Assembly: GCA_036172245.1 (NCBI GenBank)
Contig: JAYWIR010000004.1
Location: 2,356,001 to 2,420,000, forward strand
Length of the DNA stretch: 64,000 bases
DNA from: Raillietiella orientalis
Lineage: Eukaryota
Direction: 5' to 3'
The notes under the pieces are model-generated. The model saw nothing but the letters and a program-made list of their open reading frames with translations, searched no databases and was not told the DNA's origin. Positions 11,900-25,203 of this stretch are shown piece after piece; the stretch's first letter is position 1; each line of letters opens with the position of its first letter. The translations under genes and the position numbers were made by a program.

Positions 11900-14390
11900 C
11901 TTTCTTGATTGGAAAAATCATCATTGCCACCAGAAAGCTCCGGAAAAGGAAAGAGCCAGGGAATGATGCCTGCCCGCAGAGTTTTTTCAAAGCTTTGCGG
12001 CAGAGCTCGCGCTCCTATTACAGAAGATGGAACTGCTGATTCGAGAAACTGGCTAAGTATCTGACTCGTTTCGGTCAGCTAAAGTAAGGCTCCTCCCGAA
12101 AGGAGATCTACGCAACATTGGCAACTGGCGACCGATTACGGCAGTAAATGCAGACGCCAATTTTCTGGTGAAGCTGTGGTCCGAAAGAATCGGACGGGTG
12201 GCAGAAACGTTCATAAGACCTGAGCAGATGTACGCTTTTCCGGCCGATCTATGGAAACCAACCTTTTCCTCACGCGAACCTGGCTCGCGTTGCAACTGCA
12301 GGGTGACACAGCAGACCGGGTGAATCCTCGATTCCCCGCAAGCCAGGGACAGGGAGGCCCTCTGTCGGGAGATGCGTCGGGAGCACTTGCGGTCGCGGTC
12401 GATCTGCGCAAAGCGTTCGACTGAGTTGACCAGGAGCTGCTTTTAGAGCTTCTGGAACCCCTGAGACTTTCAGCCGTCTTCCTGGCCTACCTGCTCTCCA
12501 GCTGGCGCTTTGCGATGATAAATATTTTTTTTAGCTGCAATCACGTGTACGGAATTCCGGTGCGGTGCAGTGTGAGGCAGGGAGACATCCTGAGCCTCTT
12601 ACTCTTCAGCACCTACTTCGAGTTGGTGCTGAGAGCGTACAGGGATACTCTGGCTTCCATACCGAGCTCGTGCCCTGCCGTGTCAGCCTATGCAGATGAT
12701 GTCTTGCTGGTGCTCCCCAAGTCTGCCCCTGCGGATGCACTCGGGGAATTCTTCTAGCTATTAAGCAGTGGAACAGGCATGGGAGGTGAACGGGGCGAAG
12801 TCAAGCGTGTGCCCGTTCGGCGCGACGTGGGCTGGGCAGTCTGACTGGGTCCGTTTGTGGATCCCCACGGTTCGGTACTTCAAGTAGCTCAATGTGCAGT
12901 TAAGAGACGTCTCCTCCACGTAAGCGTGTTCCGGCTGCCTCCAGAAAGCGGGGTTGACTTGGACACCTTCGAACGGACCCGGTCCATTCCAAGGAGGCAA
13001 CTTTCGGTTTCTGGAACGGGCAGTCATTTGGAACACTTTTGTGGTCCCTGTCCTCCGACCCCTGCATTTTGTTTTCTTCATCCCCCCCGGTGTAGTAAAA
13101 AGGACGAAGGACCTCCTTCGAATGGCCCTCCGGGACAGTGGGAGGTTCCGAGTCCGAGTAAAAGACTTGTTAACTACTCGTCGCGTCGGAGGACTTGGAC
13201 TCCTGACGTTGGAGCGCATGTAACTTAAACTGAACCTCAGAAGACTACCCTTCGCCCCTGCACGATCGCTCTCCCAGCTGGCGGTTGGTGGCGAAGGACT
13301 CGCAACCCTGTTTGCGTGCCATCACCGCCCCCTCCCATCTTGCGGCTTCCCCCTCCGGTGCGTCGCTGCTCTAGTGAGAGCAAACACGTGAATTTCCTGC
13401 CGCCCTGCGAACACTCCGACCTGGAGGAAGGGAAAAGCGGAGACGTGGATCCAGCTCACCCGGGCCCCGTTGGAAGTTACCCGCTGCCAAGAGTTTCAGA
13501 AGAATAGTGGAAGAACATTGGAGGCGGTGGGTAGTGAGATGACTAAGTTGGCCTACCCACCAGCCACCCCCTTCGCCACAGCGGTGTCTCCGCTATCGGG
13601 GTACGAGGCGCCTTCCTACCGGCGAGGTGGGAGGTTTCCTGCAAGATCTCGGTCCGCAGAAAACCTATCGGTGGCTGGACTACGCGTCAGCTGGCTGACG
13701 CAGCAACGCCAAGAACCGGCTCCAAAGGACTTTTCAGTCCTTTGGAGCCGGTTCAGTCATTGGGGCGAACTCTTCTCCATTCAGCCCGAAGAGTTAGAAT
13801 TGCCCCTGTGTTTACGGACAGTAAGCTGCTTCTCCTCAATTGGCAGCAATCGACGCTGCTGGCAGCGTCGATTGCTGCCGTCGCACTGCACTGGGTCTCC
13901 CGTGCAATGAGCGCCGGCATCACTGGACGAGGGGAAACGCATCGCCGAACTGTGCCAGGTGTGGGGAGGAGACCTTCCCCCACCTCTTAGTATAGTGCAT
14001 CGCCCTCCGGGTTTTGTGGGAACATTTATCCGTGCCCCTTTCTCACTCCATGAATACGATTCCAGAGGCTCTTTGAGGCTCTTCATAAGGGTCTCCATGA
14101 TGCCCGCAGCAGCAATCGCAGCGCTGTGCTGTCGTGCGCTTTTGTATCAGCTTCCTGAGCATAGCTTCGAGATGACCTTACCTGAAAAGAAAGGAGGAGC
14201 TCGCTGATATCCTTCAATGGATGCAGAGGCCTCACCCACCACGAAATGTGATCCCTTTCCTTCTCTCCAACTAATCTTTTTGTTGTTACTTCTTCTTATT
14301 TGTTATAGTTCGTTTCCTTTTTTTTTCTTTTTGCGTTTCATCCCCCTTCCCCTTCATGGACGTGATGGACCTTGCTGGACTCCTTTTTTT
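11900..14390 (+). mobile_element. L1/Tx1-like element, RT core to 3' UTR (degenerate)
   Basis: DLRNIGNWRPITAVN (~12105-12150), AVDLRKAFD (~12395-12421), VRQGDILSLLLF (~12572-12607), SAYADDVL (~12683-12706), GGLGLL (~13188-13205), PNCARCGEE..PHLLV (~13945-13995), then a T-rich UTR at 14250-14345. Confidence 0.9.
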
Positions 14391-14599
14391 TTCAGTATAA
14401 TAATTGGAGTCGGTGGGCCTCTTGGCGCCATCGATCCGTGTAAGAGTATGAAACTCCCCGGCGCACGCGGGTGTTTGAAATCATGGCGCCTACCCGATAG
14501 TCCTCCCGAACACGAAGAATCCTCGCAGCAAGTCCATGGCGGTGTCCTCCGAGTGCAGGGTCGGGGACGCTAAAGCCTGCCTCCGCCACAGTTCCTGAA

Positions 14600-15500
14600 G
14601 GGCGCAGCAGTCCAAAAATAGGTGCGAGAAGAATCAATCTCCCCACACCTTCAACAGTTTGGGAACGTCACTCCACCGGAAATCAGGTGTCTGCGGTTGG
14701 TTGCGCTGAAAATTCCAGCGCACAAACAGCGGCACATCCTGTTTCCAACGCAAAGGGAACATCGAAGTGTCCACACAAAGGGTAGGACCACAGCTTCTTC
14801 GGAAGGCACACTCAAGAGTTCGTACGACCGAAGCAGTCCCTTCCCAAGGAAAAAAAAAGTGGCGGCATTCACAGACTCGCTCGTAGTCCAGCCTATCAGG
14901 AGTTTCGTGATTCCTGCAGTGGTGCAGGAGAACTCCCAGCACACCAGTTGTCAGCTGGTATGGTATGCCTTTAGGGAAGACAATCTCGTGCTCAGTAGCA
15001 CGAGAGACGAAACTGTGAACCAGTGGACGACGGGCCAGGTGGCTGGCGCGGAGACACCTACTACAGAGAGCTGCTTCGCTGGGCAGAATACCTGCAGGTT
15101 CCGCCGTCGGGGAATTGCGAACCCTTCCCTCTGTCTGGACAGCTCTGCTCCTCATCCTTAGGTGCCAACACGAAGAGACTTTGCTGATCGTACACTGGGG
15201 CTTCCCGTGCAACAAGAGACGTCATCTCTGGACGAGGGAGAGCGTCTCCGCGAACGGCGCCAGCTTCCGGGAAATGGAAGTTTGCTGTTGGACTGCGATG
15301 AACTTCGGAACTTGTGGAAACGCTTCGAAACCGCCCTGCTTCGGCCCGAAGACATTCCGAAAGGGATTCTGCGGTGCTGCTTCGCTCGGGTTGGGCTTCC
15401 TCCTATTCTCTCGATCGCCCAATCCTGTGTTGCTCCAGGTGGATCGTGGCGTCCCGGAACACTAAGGAGGCGCGATAACAAGGAAAAAGGAGTACATGCC
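14600..15500 (+). mobile_element. Further L1/Tx1-like ORF2 C-terminal fragment
   Basis: HWGFPCN (~15194-15214) matches HWGLPCN/HWVSRA in the other copies; LRNLWKRFETAL matches LRPLCERFGT in the 10-kb copy. Confidence 0.6.
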
Positions 15501-15899
15501 TCCTTTCCTCAATAATGAAAAATGTCGTAAAATGGTCTTCTACGAATAGTAGTCAAAGAGGACGCCTTCTGCATCGCATGCAGGTTACAGAAAACGTGTT
15601 GAGTGGGATCGATGACCCCTGTCCATTTTTAAAAAAATTTATTTTTTATGCCTTCCCCTACACCCTTCCTGCCCATCTGTGTAGCTGGTCTGCGTATCAC
15701 TAATTTTCTTTTTTTTTCTTTCAAGTTCTCCAGCTGTCTAATGAAATTACCAATTCATATTGCCTGCTTCTTTTTCTTCCTTTAGAAAATAAGCACCCCA
15801 GTATCACCGGGTAGCAACGATGTCGACGTTGTTCTACTGAGAGGATGTGTTCTGAAACGTCATTCAGCTGCAGCCCTGAATTCTTATACCCCTGGAGAC

Positions 15900-16760
15900 C
15901 GAGGTTTGGAAATCAGAGCCAGTGTTTCCATATCCTTCGTGTCCTCAGGCAGCAAGCTGAACCTGGCGTCCCCTCTCGCGAGTAGCCGATAGAGGATAAG
16001 GCTTTCCATCTTCTTCTTCCTCTTAAAAGACAGATGGTCTCCCAGAATTTTATCTCACAGAAGCAGCCGATATGCGCATCACAGACCAGCGTTTCATTCT
16101 GCTCATGACACCGGAAGGGTTTCTGTCTCAGTATGATGTTAGATACAGAGAAATAAGCTTACATAAATGCCTCGCCCCAGTGCTGACAGCCCTTCAGCAT
16201 AGACATGAAGATTGTTAACAGTCTGGATAGGTGTTCTCATACACTACTACAGGAGCTACAAAACTCCTTAGCAGATGGTCGACAGACAACTAACCAACGT
16301 GATCACTCCATAATACGTGTTGAAGGAGAGTACTGATGCCCTGAGAAACTGTCGGGCTACTCCAAGACAAGCTAGTGGCTCCCGTCTGTTTGTATACAGT
16401 TCATGCTCTTCTCAGGCTCCAGTAAAGATGGTACTGCTTTCTCATTGGAAAATTTCATGGAGCAAACGTCATCACTATGCAACGAGGGAGAGCTGCTCCT
16501 CGTACTTTACAGCATGTGAAATGAAGAGATCCCTCACTTCTTGGTGGACTGTAAAGCACTTCGTTTGGTCAGCAAGCATATAGTGAGGACACTCGCTCAC
16601 TTGACGACACCTCAGAAATTGCTGATGCATTTCTTACTCTCTTAACAGCACATCTTATGCTGCATCCTCAGCGTTATAACAGGCATCTGCTGTCAGAAAG
16701 ATGTCAACAGCCCATTGGGGTTTTGGTCCTAACCCCTACGTATTGCAGAAAGCAGAAAGG
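15900..16760 (+). mobile_element. Highly degenerate Ty3/gypsy-type pol (RT/RNase H) remnant
   Basis: LMTPEGFLSQYDV (~16102-16140) resembles the gypsy RT TAF.TP.G.Y motif. LDDTSEIADAFL (~16600-16635) and PLGFWS*PLRIAESR (~16712-16757) resemble RNase H tDAS..iGAVL and PIAF.Sr.L..AE.rY. Confidence 0.5.
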
Positions 16761-19700
16761 TGTCTTCACATGAATTGTAAAGCCGTACCTCACAACGTCT
16801 GAGGTTCAGAAGGACTTGCGTTACTTAGACAAGTGACTCCTCTCTTCACTTTTCCTTTTTATATGATCTTTTATTTTTTTCCACTGTCTCCACTCTCCTT
16901 TGTAATCCAGTCCCCTCTCTTTGGCGTAAGATGAACCAGAAACGCCACCTCCTAAGCTTGAGTGGAGTAAGCGGGAAATTTTTTTCCTACTTTGACTGGA
17001 AGAACCTCTAAGAAGTCTCTAATTGCATTATAGAGCATTCAACACATGTTTCCTAGTTCAAATTGTGTTTTCGAATCGCGTCAGTGCGTTGCGTAAAGTC
17101 CTCCAGAACTTTCCACGACTGAACACGACAATTTTCCTGATTCTTGGAGAGATATGTGCTGTATCTTTTCTTTGTTTTTGAGTGCGCTTTTTAAAGTGGA
17201 ATTTCATTAGTTTGTTGCATGAAGGTTTGCACAACCGAATCCTTTCTAATAGATAACAGTTTCCCATTCTTTCAAGAAGCATCCCATTTTGCCAAAATTT
17301 CTTTATGACTTTATCACTCCGTATAAGTGAGCATCATAGAAATTGAATTCTTGATTTGAAAACCTGACTTTCAGACCTTATAATCAGGAATTTGATGAAA
17401 AATAATTTGGGAAGTGTTTATAATAATTTAGATTTAGAATTATAATGTAGATAGTTGCTTACTTTCAGAGAGTTTATTTGAAGTTTCTTGTTAGATGTGA
17501 ATAGTTTGAATTCTTATTTTCGATTTTATGGCTTCTGAATTTTTGGTTTCTGTGCTTAGGCCTCCAACTAAACTCACAAAATGAATGGCACGGATTGCAT
17601 TTTCAAAGCATAGTCAAGAACCATGATGAGATTTTTTAAAATGTAAGCAAAAATTAAAGAAAATTTTGCATACGTTTTAGAAACCACATCTTTATCCAGA
17701 GAACACTTATCTTCATATCGTATCTTTTGGAATAACTGTTGAAGAAATCTGGTATTTGTTTCCTTCTTGCAAAGGATACAGCAAACAATCAGAGAAATGC
17801 AGCTAGGTCATAGAAATGCATTTTCGAAGGCTAATCTTGACATAAATTAAAATAACAAGCACAAGCACAATCTAGTAAAACTGCAAACTTATCACATTTG
17901 AGAAATCAAGCCAATGGGCTAGAATACTGAAGATGAAAATACGTTTGCCATAAATTTTAAAACAAAAAGGTTAACATGAAAGGGTTCTGTATCGTTATGA
18001 CATGAAATTTCTTTAGCATTATTGGAATCTGCCGTGTTCGATATACATTACTAGTCAAAGCCCAGATGGAAAATTGCTTCATATTTCTAGTAAATCTATT
18101 TTCTCCTCCGAAATTTTAAATTCAACAGCACAATGCTGGTCTCTTTCAATTTGAATATTATAGTGTGTGAATATATCAATGGAAGAGAATTCTCACAAGT
18201 TGATTCCCTTCTGAGATAATTCACGATTGCACATTCTCAATAAGTTAAATAGATTCCGAATAAAAAATCCCTGTTTTTCATTAGATATTTTTCTCTAATC
18301 TTATGCTCTTTTTAGCATGCTTATTTTAAAAATGCTTGAATTGAAATAATCTAATATTTTTCTTGCACATTCTTCTGATTCAAGAAATTCGAACTGAATT
18401 TTTTTTTATCAGATTTCTCATCCCTATTGATGACGACGCTTTTCTAATGGAAACATAATTAAAAATACTTCAACAAAAGCGTCTGCTCATGTACAAAGTG
18501 GAAATTATGTTTTTATCATGCCTCAGAGTCTTTGGATGAGTAGAAACAAGATATGCATTTAATTGATGCAGTATGGGCGTATTTATGAATATTTTCTTAT
18601 GTTCATCCAAATCCCTAAATACTTGAATTCTTATTTCACTAAATTCCCAGTTTAGCAGATCAATGCTGTGCAAAACATAATATATGATCATTGCTTCTCC
18701 GCAATAAGATTCATTGTGATCTTGTTTCTCCTTTTTTTGAATTAGGTGTCTGCTTTTGGATCACAAATCATGAATCCTTTGAAAATAATGTACAGATTTA
18801 ACGATGGACTTTGTTTTTAGATCCGTCGATAGGCTACTTATGGTTAGAACTGCTTACAAACAAAATCTGGATTATGCAATCATATGCAGATGACTTCATT
18901 TAAAAGATTATCAGCAGCACGTTTTTGTGTCCTTATTTTTTATTTGTTTCGACTGCCTTGAGAATTAAACTCAAGTTTCTATTGTTCTATTGTTCTAAAC
19001 TGAGTTTCTATTGTTCTCGTCCTAAAAATCAATAAAATAAAAGTAGCAGAAACATTATATTCACATGAGTCGATTAAGATATGCTGACATCGGCATTTTC
19101 AACTGATTTTTGCATTTTAAAAAGGGGAATGACATGAAAAGGACATTAGCTTGTTTCACTAAAGATTGTGAACTTTAAATTCCAGGACAGATATAAAGGT
19201 TTAAAACGAGATTCACAAGAAGCATTCGTTCATAACTGAGCAACTAATTATCTGACTAATCATGTGCACACATTTATTATTTTGCACTACCTTATGAATT
19301 TGATGACAAAATGAATTGGCTACAAATATTCGTACTTGTTTTCAAGTGATTGAAGATTATAAAACTTCTGTTCCCAAGGGAGCTTTCTTTCTATAATTTG
19401 AGTGTACTAAGGCTAATTGGGACGAGAGACTTCAGTACTATTAATTTCAGATTTCAGTAAATCGATAAATAAATTCACCTTGTTTGGTATAGAGTGTTTT
19501 TAATAATGAATGATAAACATTTAGAACAGTATTTAATCACTTTGATTTTTTGTAATGCTTTCTGTCTACGATTCAGGTCTTCTTTTTTTTTTTATTATTT
19601 CAACTATAATAAAGATAATCAAGTTTGAGTTTTTGTACCGTGCTTAGGTTAATGTAGCAATCATGATCTAAAATTAGTGTTTGTATTTCGAAATAACGTG

Positions 19701-19763
19701 TAGATGAGCGCTGATGCCGAAAGTAAAGAGGATCCATTGGCATAGGCATAAAGCATATGGATC

Positions 19764-22700
19764 ATGATCATGGATGTGGATCGGTGGATCGAAATAGCAA
19801 AATCGTGCAAATATCTACCAGAATTTGATCTAAAAGTAAGCAGCAAATTCTATTCTACAACCTTTTACAGCAAGTAGAAAATTGCAACCAATCGAAGATA
19901 TGGTTAAACATTATTCATGTTACATATACAGAAATTGATGAAAATGGGACATGATAGCATTGTAGTAGATTACATTAATTGATGAATTACATAGGCTATT
20001 TTTTAATCATCTAACAAAATCTTATGATGTTAATTTGATATCACTAACAGTATTAGTGACTGCGGAAAATTTCTTAAATATTACAATGTATTTCCCATTT
20101 GAATAAGTGTAAAAGCCTTGTACCTTGTGCACAGAGTTTCATTAATAAGTTTTCCCATACTAACGAAACAATTATTCCGGAGGTATTGCTGATAAAATTA
20201 TCTTAATCATATATTTCAAACCTCACTCTCTTTGTTACAATTGTATGATTTGTAAGCGGAATGTTTCTTACAGATTTAGAAAAAATAACAAAAGAAATTC
20301 TGCAAAAGAAATGAAAAAGGAAAATTTCTTGTTGAATTATAATTGCAATGATTGCATTCATTGATTTTATATAATTGTATCATATACAATATTTTTAGAA
20401 ACTTTGTGATCTGGTCTGTGATATTTTATTAGAAGAATCGAACATTCAGTCTATTATCTCACCAGTTACAGTATGTGGTGACATTCATGGACAGGTATTA
20501 AGATTAGTCAGAAATGATATTTTTAATGCTCAGTTTACAATTCAGTTTTATGACCTTGAAGAACTCTTCAAAACTGGTGGTCAAATCCCTGACACAAAGT
20601 ATATATTTTTGGGAGATTTTGTTGACAGAGGTTACTATAGTTTAGAAACACTCACCAGATTACTAACTCTGAAAGCAAAATGGCCAGATAGAATTACTTT
20701 ATTGCGTGGCAATCATGAATCAAGGCAAATCACACAAGTGTATGGATTCTATGGTGAGTTGGAACATAGCAGAAATTAACACAATGCATATTTTTTATAT
20801 GGGCATTCCCTCTGTTTTCTATTAATGATTTCAAATGTTTTTGTTGCTCAGTCTATGGTTGGATTGGGCTGCAATTGTTCATTATGTGGCAATTCTTCCA
20901 TGCCATTACTTTGTTGTGCATTACAGCAGACATCCATGCTGCTTCCAGATAACCCTTCCCTCATGATTAGTTGATTCTCATGAGATTTAAGGGAATATAT
21001 GGAAATTACCGGACATTTCCGATGCTTTCCAAAAGATCTTTTGTTCTCAGCTGTTTCTGTTTGTGGATCATTTTTTTTTGGTAATAGTTTGTTCCTGTTG
21101 TCAGTTGCCTTTTTTTTGCTGCAGAATATTGTCAGGTTTCATTTTAAACTGACTAGAATTTTGCATTCATAGAGACTGATAAACAAAATATTTGATGTTT
21201 GAACTTCAGAATACTCTCTCCTCCGTGATATACATAAATTTTCCTTTCATGTTGGAAAGCATACAAGTTGCTAACTGGCAGTTTTTATTATTGTTCACTT
21301 TTTATATGACAATGTTTTCCAGATGCATTTACTTGTTTTTTTCCTGCTTGTACTTCACTTTAGGACATCCACTTGTTTTGCATCACAATATTAGTAAGGA
21401 ATTCATTCATCAAATTGCGTCTAACAATTTTGAAAGTGGAGCCAGTGAAGTGTAATTTTATGATGGGACCTTGTTTGTGAACTTCAGTGAAGTGTAATGC
21501 TTCATTTCCTTGCATTGTGCCTGTTTATTTTAGAATGTTAGCCTTTATGAGATATGTGATCCTTTTTTGGTCTTTTATTAAAATTCGTTTTCTATCGTGA
21601 AATTTTTTTTCCTGCCTTTATCTTAAATTGCCTTATTTCATCAAGCTTTGATTTGTTTTCAACCTGGATGCTGTATGTTTGAGCTGTGCTTTTTGATTAT
21701 CAATAATAAACATTTAGATCTTGAAGTTCCATAGAAATATTTCCTACATTACTTAATTGTATGCAAGTGCACTTTTCCTTGATAATGTAAGCAATTTTAG
21801 GGTTGAAAACTTACTGAATGCGAGATTAAACAAGGAAAATATGCAAATTGCATGCTTAGCTCAAATGTTTAGTTCCTTTCCAATGTCTTGAAAGTAACAT
21901 AACATAAAAGGCATGTGCCAGTTGATAGCGTATCTTGTTTCCTAAGTTGGTAATTTTTATATTAGGCATATAAATAAGTACAACATTTAACTACTTAATG
22001 ACAAAAACAATCCATCAATTGCATTTGTTTCTTACAGTCACTTGAATTTCTCATTTGTTTAATTGGTGTGTGCCAATCTATTAGTAGCCCATGCTGTACA
22101 TCTAACATTTTCTCCTTAATGTTTGCTATTAACAGAAGAGTGCAAATGAAATAAGTGTTACATTGATTTAATGTGCATTGCAGATGAATGTCAAAACAAA
22201 TATGGCAATGCAGTAGCCTGGAGATATTGTTGTAAAGTATTTGATCTCTTCTCAGTAGCAGCGGTGAGTTTGTAGAACATTATAGAAGGAACATGTACTC
22301 TTTAGTTGATTGATAATAAGGTTTTGTGTGTCCATGGAGGACTATCTCCAGAAATCACTCAGCTGGACCAGATTCGAATTTTGGAAAGAAATCAGGAGAT
22401 TCCAGCAAGCGGTGCCTTCTGTGACCTTGTATGGTCTGATCCTGAAGAAATTGAAGGTTGGGGAAGAAGTCCACGTGGCGCTGGTTGGTTGTTTGGTGCC
22501 AGAGTGGTGCATGAATTCCTGGAAATGAATGGACTCCTCTTGCTATGCAGAGCTCATCAATTAGTGCAAGAGGGTTATAAGTACATGTTTGATCAACAGT
22601 TGGTTACTGTGTGGTCTGCACCTAACTACTGCTACCGTTGTGGGAATGTGGCAGCAGTGCTCACTTTTTTATCAGCCACACAACAAGAACCTAAAGTTTT

Positions 22701-22764
22701 CAATGCTGTACCAAATGACCAAAGAATAATTCCCCCAAGAAACTTTACTCCATATTTTCTATGA
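19764..22764 (+). CDS. PPP6C: Serine/threonine protein phosphatase 6 catalytic subunit (~304 aa, 5 exons)
   Basis: Exons 19764-19835, 20399-20494, 20546-20753, 22184-22263 and 22306-22764 with GT-AG introns; joins in frame (915 nt). PPP motifs GDIHGQ, GDFVDRG, RGNHE, HGG and [13 protein letters not shown]6-typical CKYLPE.DLK, KYMFD..LVT and C-terminal TPYFL. Start could be 19764 or 19770. Confidence 0.95.
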
Positions 22765-22795
22765 ATGCATTTTTAATGAAATGAGTTGAGCTCAA

Positions 22796-23836
<1,041 letters not shown>

Positions 23837-23869
23837 GTTTTGAGGTAATAGGATTTGAGGTTTCATTAA

Positions 23870-24150
23870 TTCTTTTCTATGTTCCACATATTCATTCGAT
23901 CTCTGTAATCACACGAAAAACACCAAAATCCAGCTCATGCGTGGACACGTGTTCGCACACAAACTATAGCCCAGACAATACGAGAGCCTTGAAATTAGAC
24001 TTATTAATATTCACCATTTTTATTACTATACGTATGCATACAATAACCTTTCTCAAAAGCAATTACGCTTATTTTCCTCCAGGAGAATCAAATTTAATTG
24101 GTTAACGACAAATTTCATTGTTTACGATCAGTTTTCATTTCAGCGGGCTT
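23870..24150. promoter_or_regulatory. Probable (bidirectional) promoter region between SURF4 and plus-strand exons
   Basis: CpG-containing patch upstream of the SURF4 ATG with an E-box CACGTG at 23946-23951; divergent gene geometry. Inference only. Confidence 0.35.
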
Positions 24151-24845
24151 TCCTAATTTGTAAACACCTAATATATTTTGCTAAGAGTTACGAAATATAC
24201 TAAAAACGAACCACACATGAATATTGATTTGTACTTTATATAGGGGATTTTTCTTATTCTAGATGATTATTCCTTGTATAAAAATAAAAAACATGAAAAC
24301 ATACTCGTAAAAGTGTCAATAACACACTTGAGTATTGATTTCTAACAGTCTTTAATCTCAGTAATAATAGGTCCTAAGTTCAAATACTGATTTCCATAAA
24401 AGTCTTAAAAAGAGAATTGGATTATCAAAATGCTAATTGTTATCGAAATATGAATAACATGACAAGCAAAAATTGCACATTTGTAAAGTATTGATTCCAT
24501 ACTCATTTTGCATTAATATATACTCTGTGTTTGTAACTTATTCAAATAACATGATCAGCCAATAATTGATGAGTACATTTATATATGTATAAATTATTCT
24601 GAATAACTGAGTTGATAACAGCAACTTCAATTCTTCAAGATAATTGTCTAGATGACTTATTGTTCTAAAGATAATTTCTCAAAGTCGTAATGGTTAAGTT
24701 TAAGCAAATGTGTATACTTAATAATAATTATTCTGCTGAAATGAAAACAATGTCATAGTATAAGATTGTTTGTTCTCTCTACAACGATTAATTCAAGTTA
24801 ATAAGTCTTCATTTGTTTTTGTTTTAGACCCTCTCTTAGCTTCAA

Positions 24846-25203
24846 ATGCAAAGAGTTTCTACATCTAGTGGATCAAATTCACGAAGAGCTTCTTTTGTTT
24901 CTTCTGATAGTAAGTATGCTGGCAGAAAAGGCATTTATCTAAGTTCTGAAACAATACTTTAGATTAATGTTCTTTGCAGCTAAAACTTTTCATGGTGTAA
25001 AAAAACATTTTGTAAGTATTTGGATGAATTAAGATATGCTACTTGCAAAATATTTGGTATTTAATTCCAGTATGATGCTTGAATTTAAATTTTAGATACT
25101 GGAACAATTAAGAATAGTCAAGAACCTCGATGTGAGGACAGGTATTAACCTGAAAGATTCAGTGAATTTTCTTAGCAGAAAATCTGGATGCGTGTTAACA
25201 TGA
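24846..25203 (+). CDS. Candidate 67-aa three-exon micro-ORF (or spliced uORF in the PPP4C leader)
   Basis: Acceptor ttttag|24828, ATG 24846. Exons 24846-24909, 24980-25011 and 25096-25203, with two GTAAGT donors and tttgcag/ttttag acceptors. Reads MQRVSTSSGSNSRRASFVSSDTKTFHGVKKHFILEQLRIVKNLDVRTGINLKDSVNFLSRKSGCVLT*. No recognised homology. Confidence 0.4.

Noticed and set aside
10995..11966. 323-aa plus-strand ORF (and similar ORFs such as 3455-4123 and 14634-15215)
   Set aside because: Antisense or off-frame shadows of GC-rich retrotransposon sequence; Arg/Pro/Gly-rich with no domain motifs.
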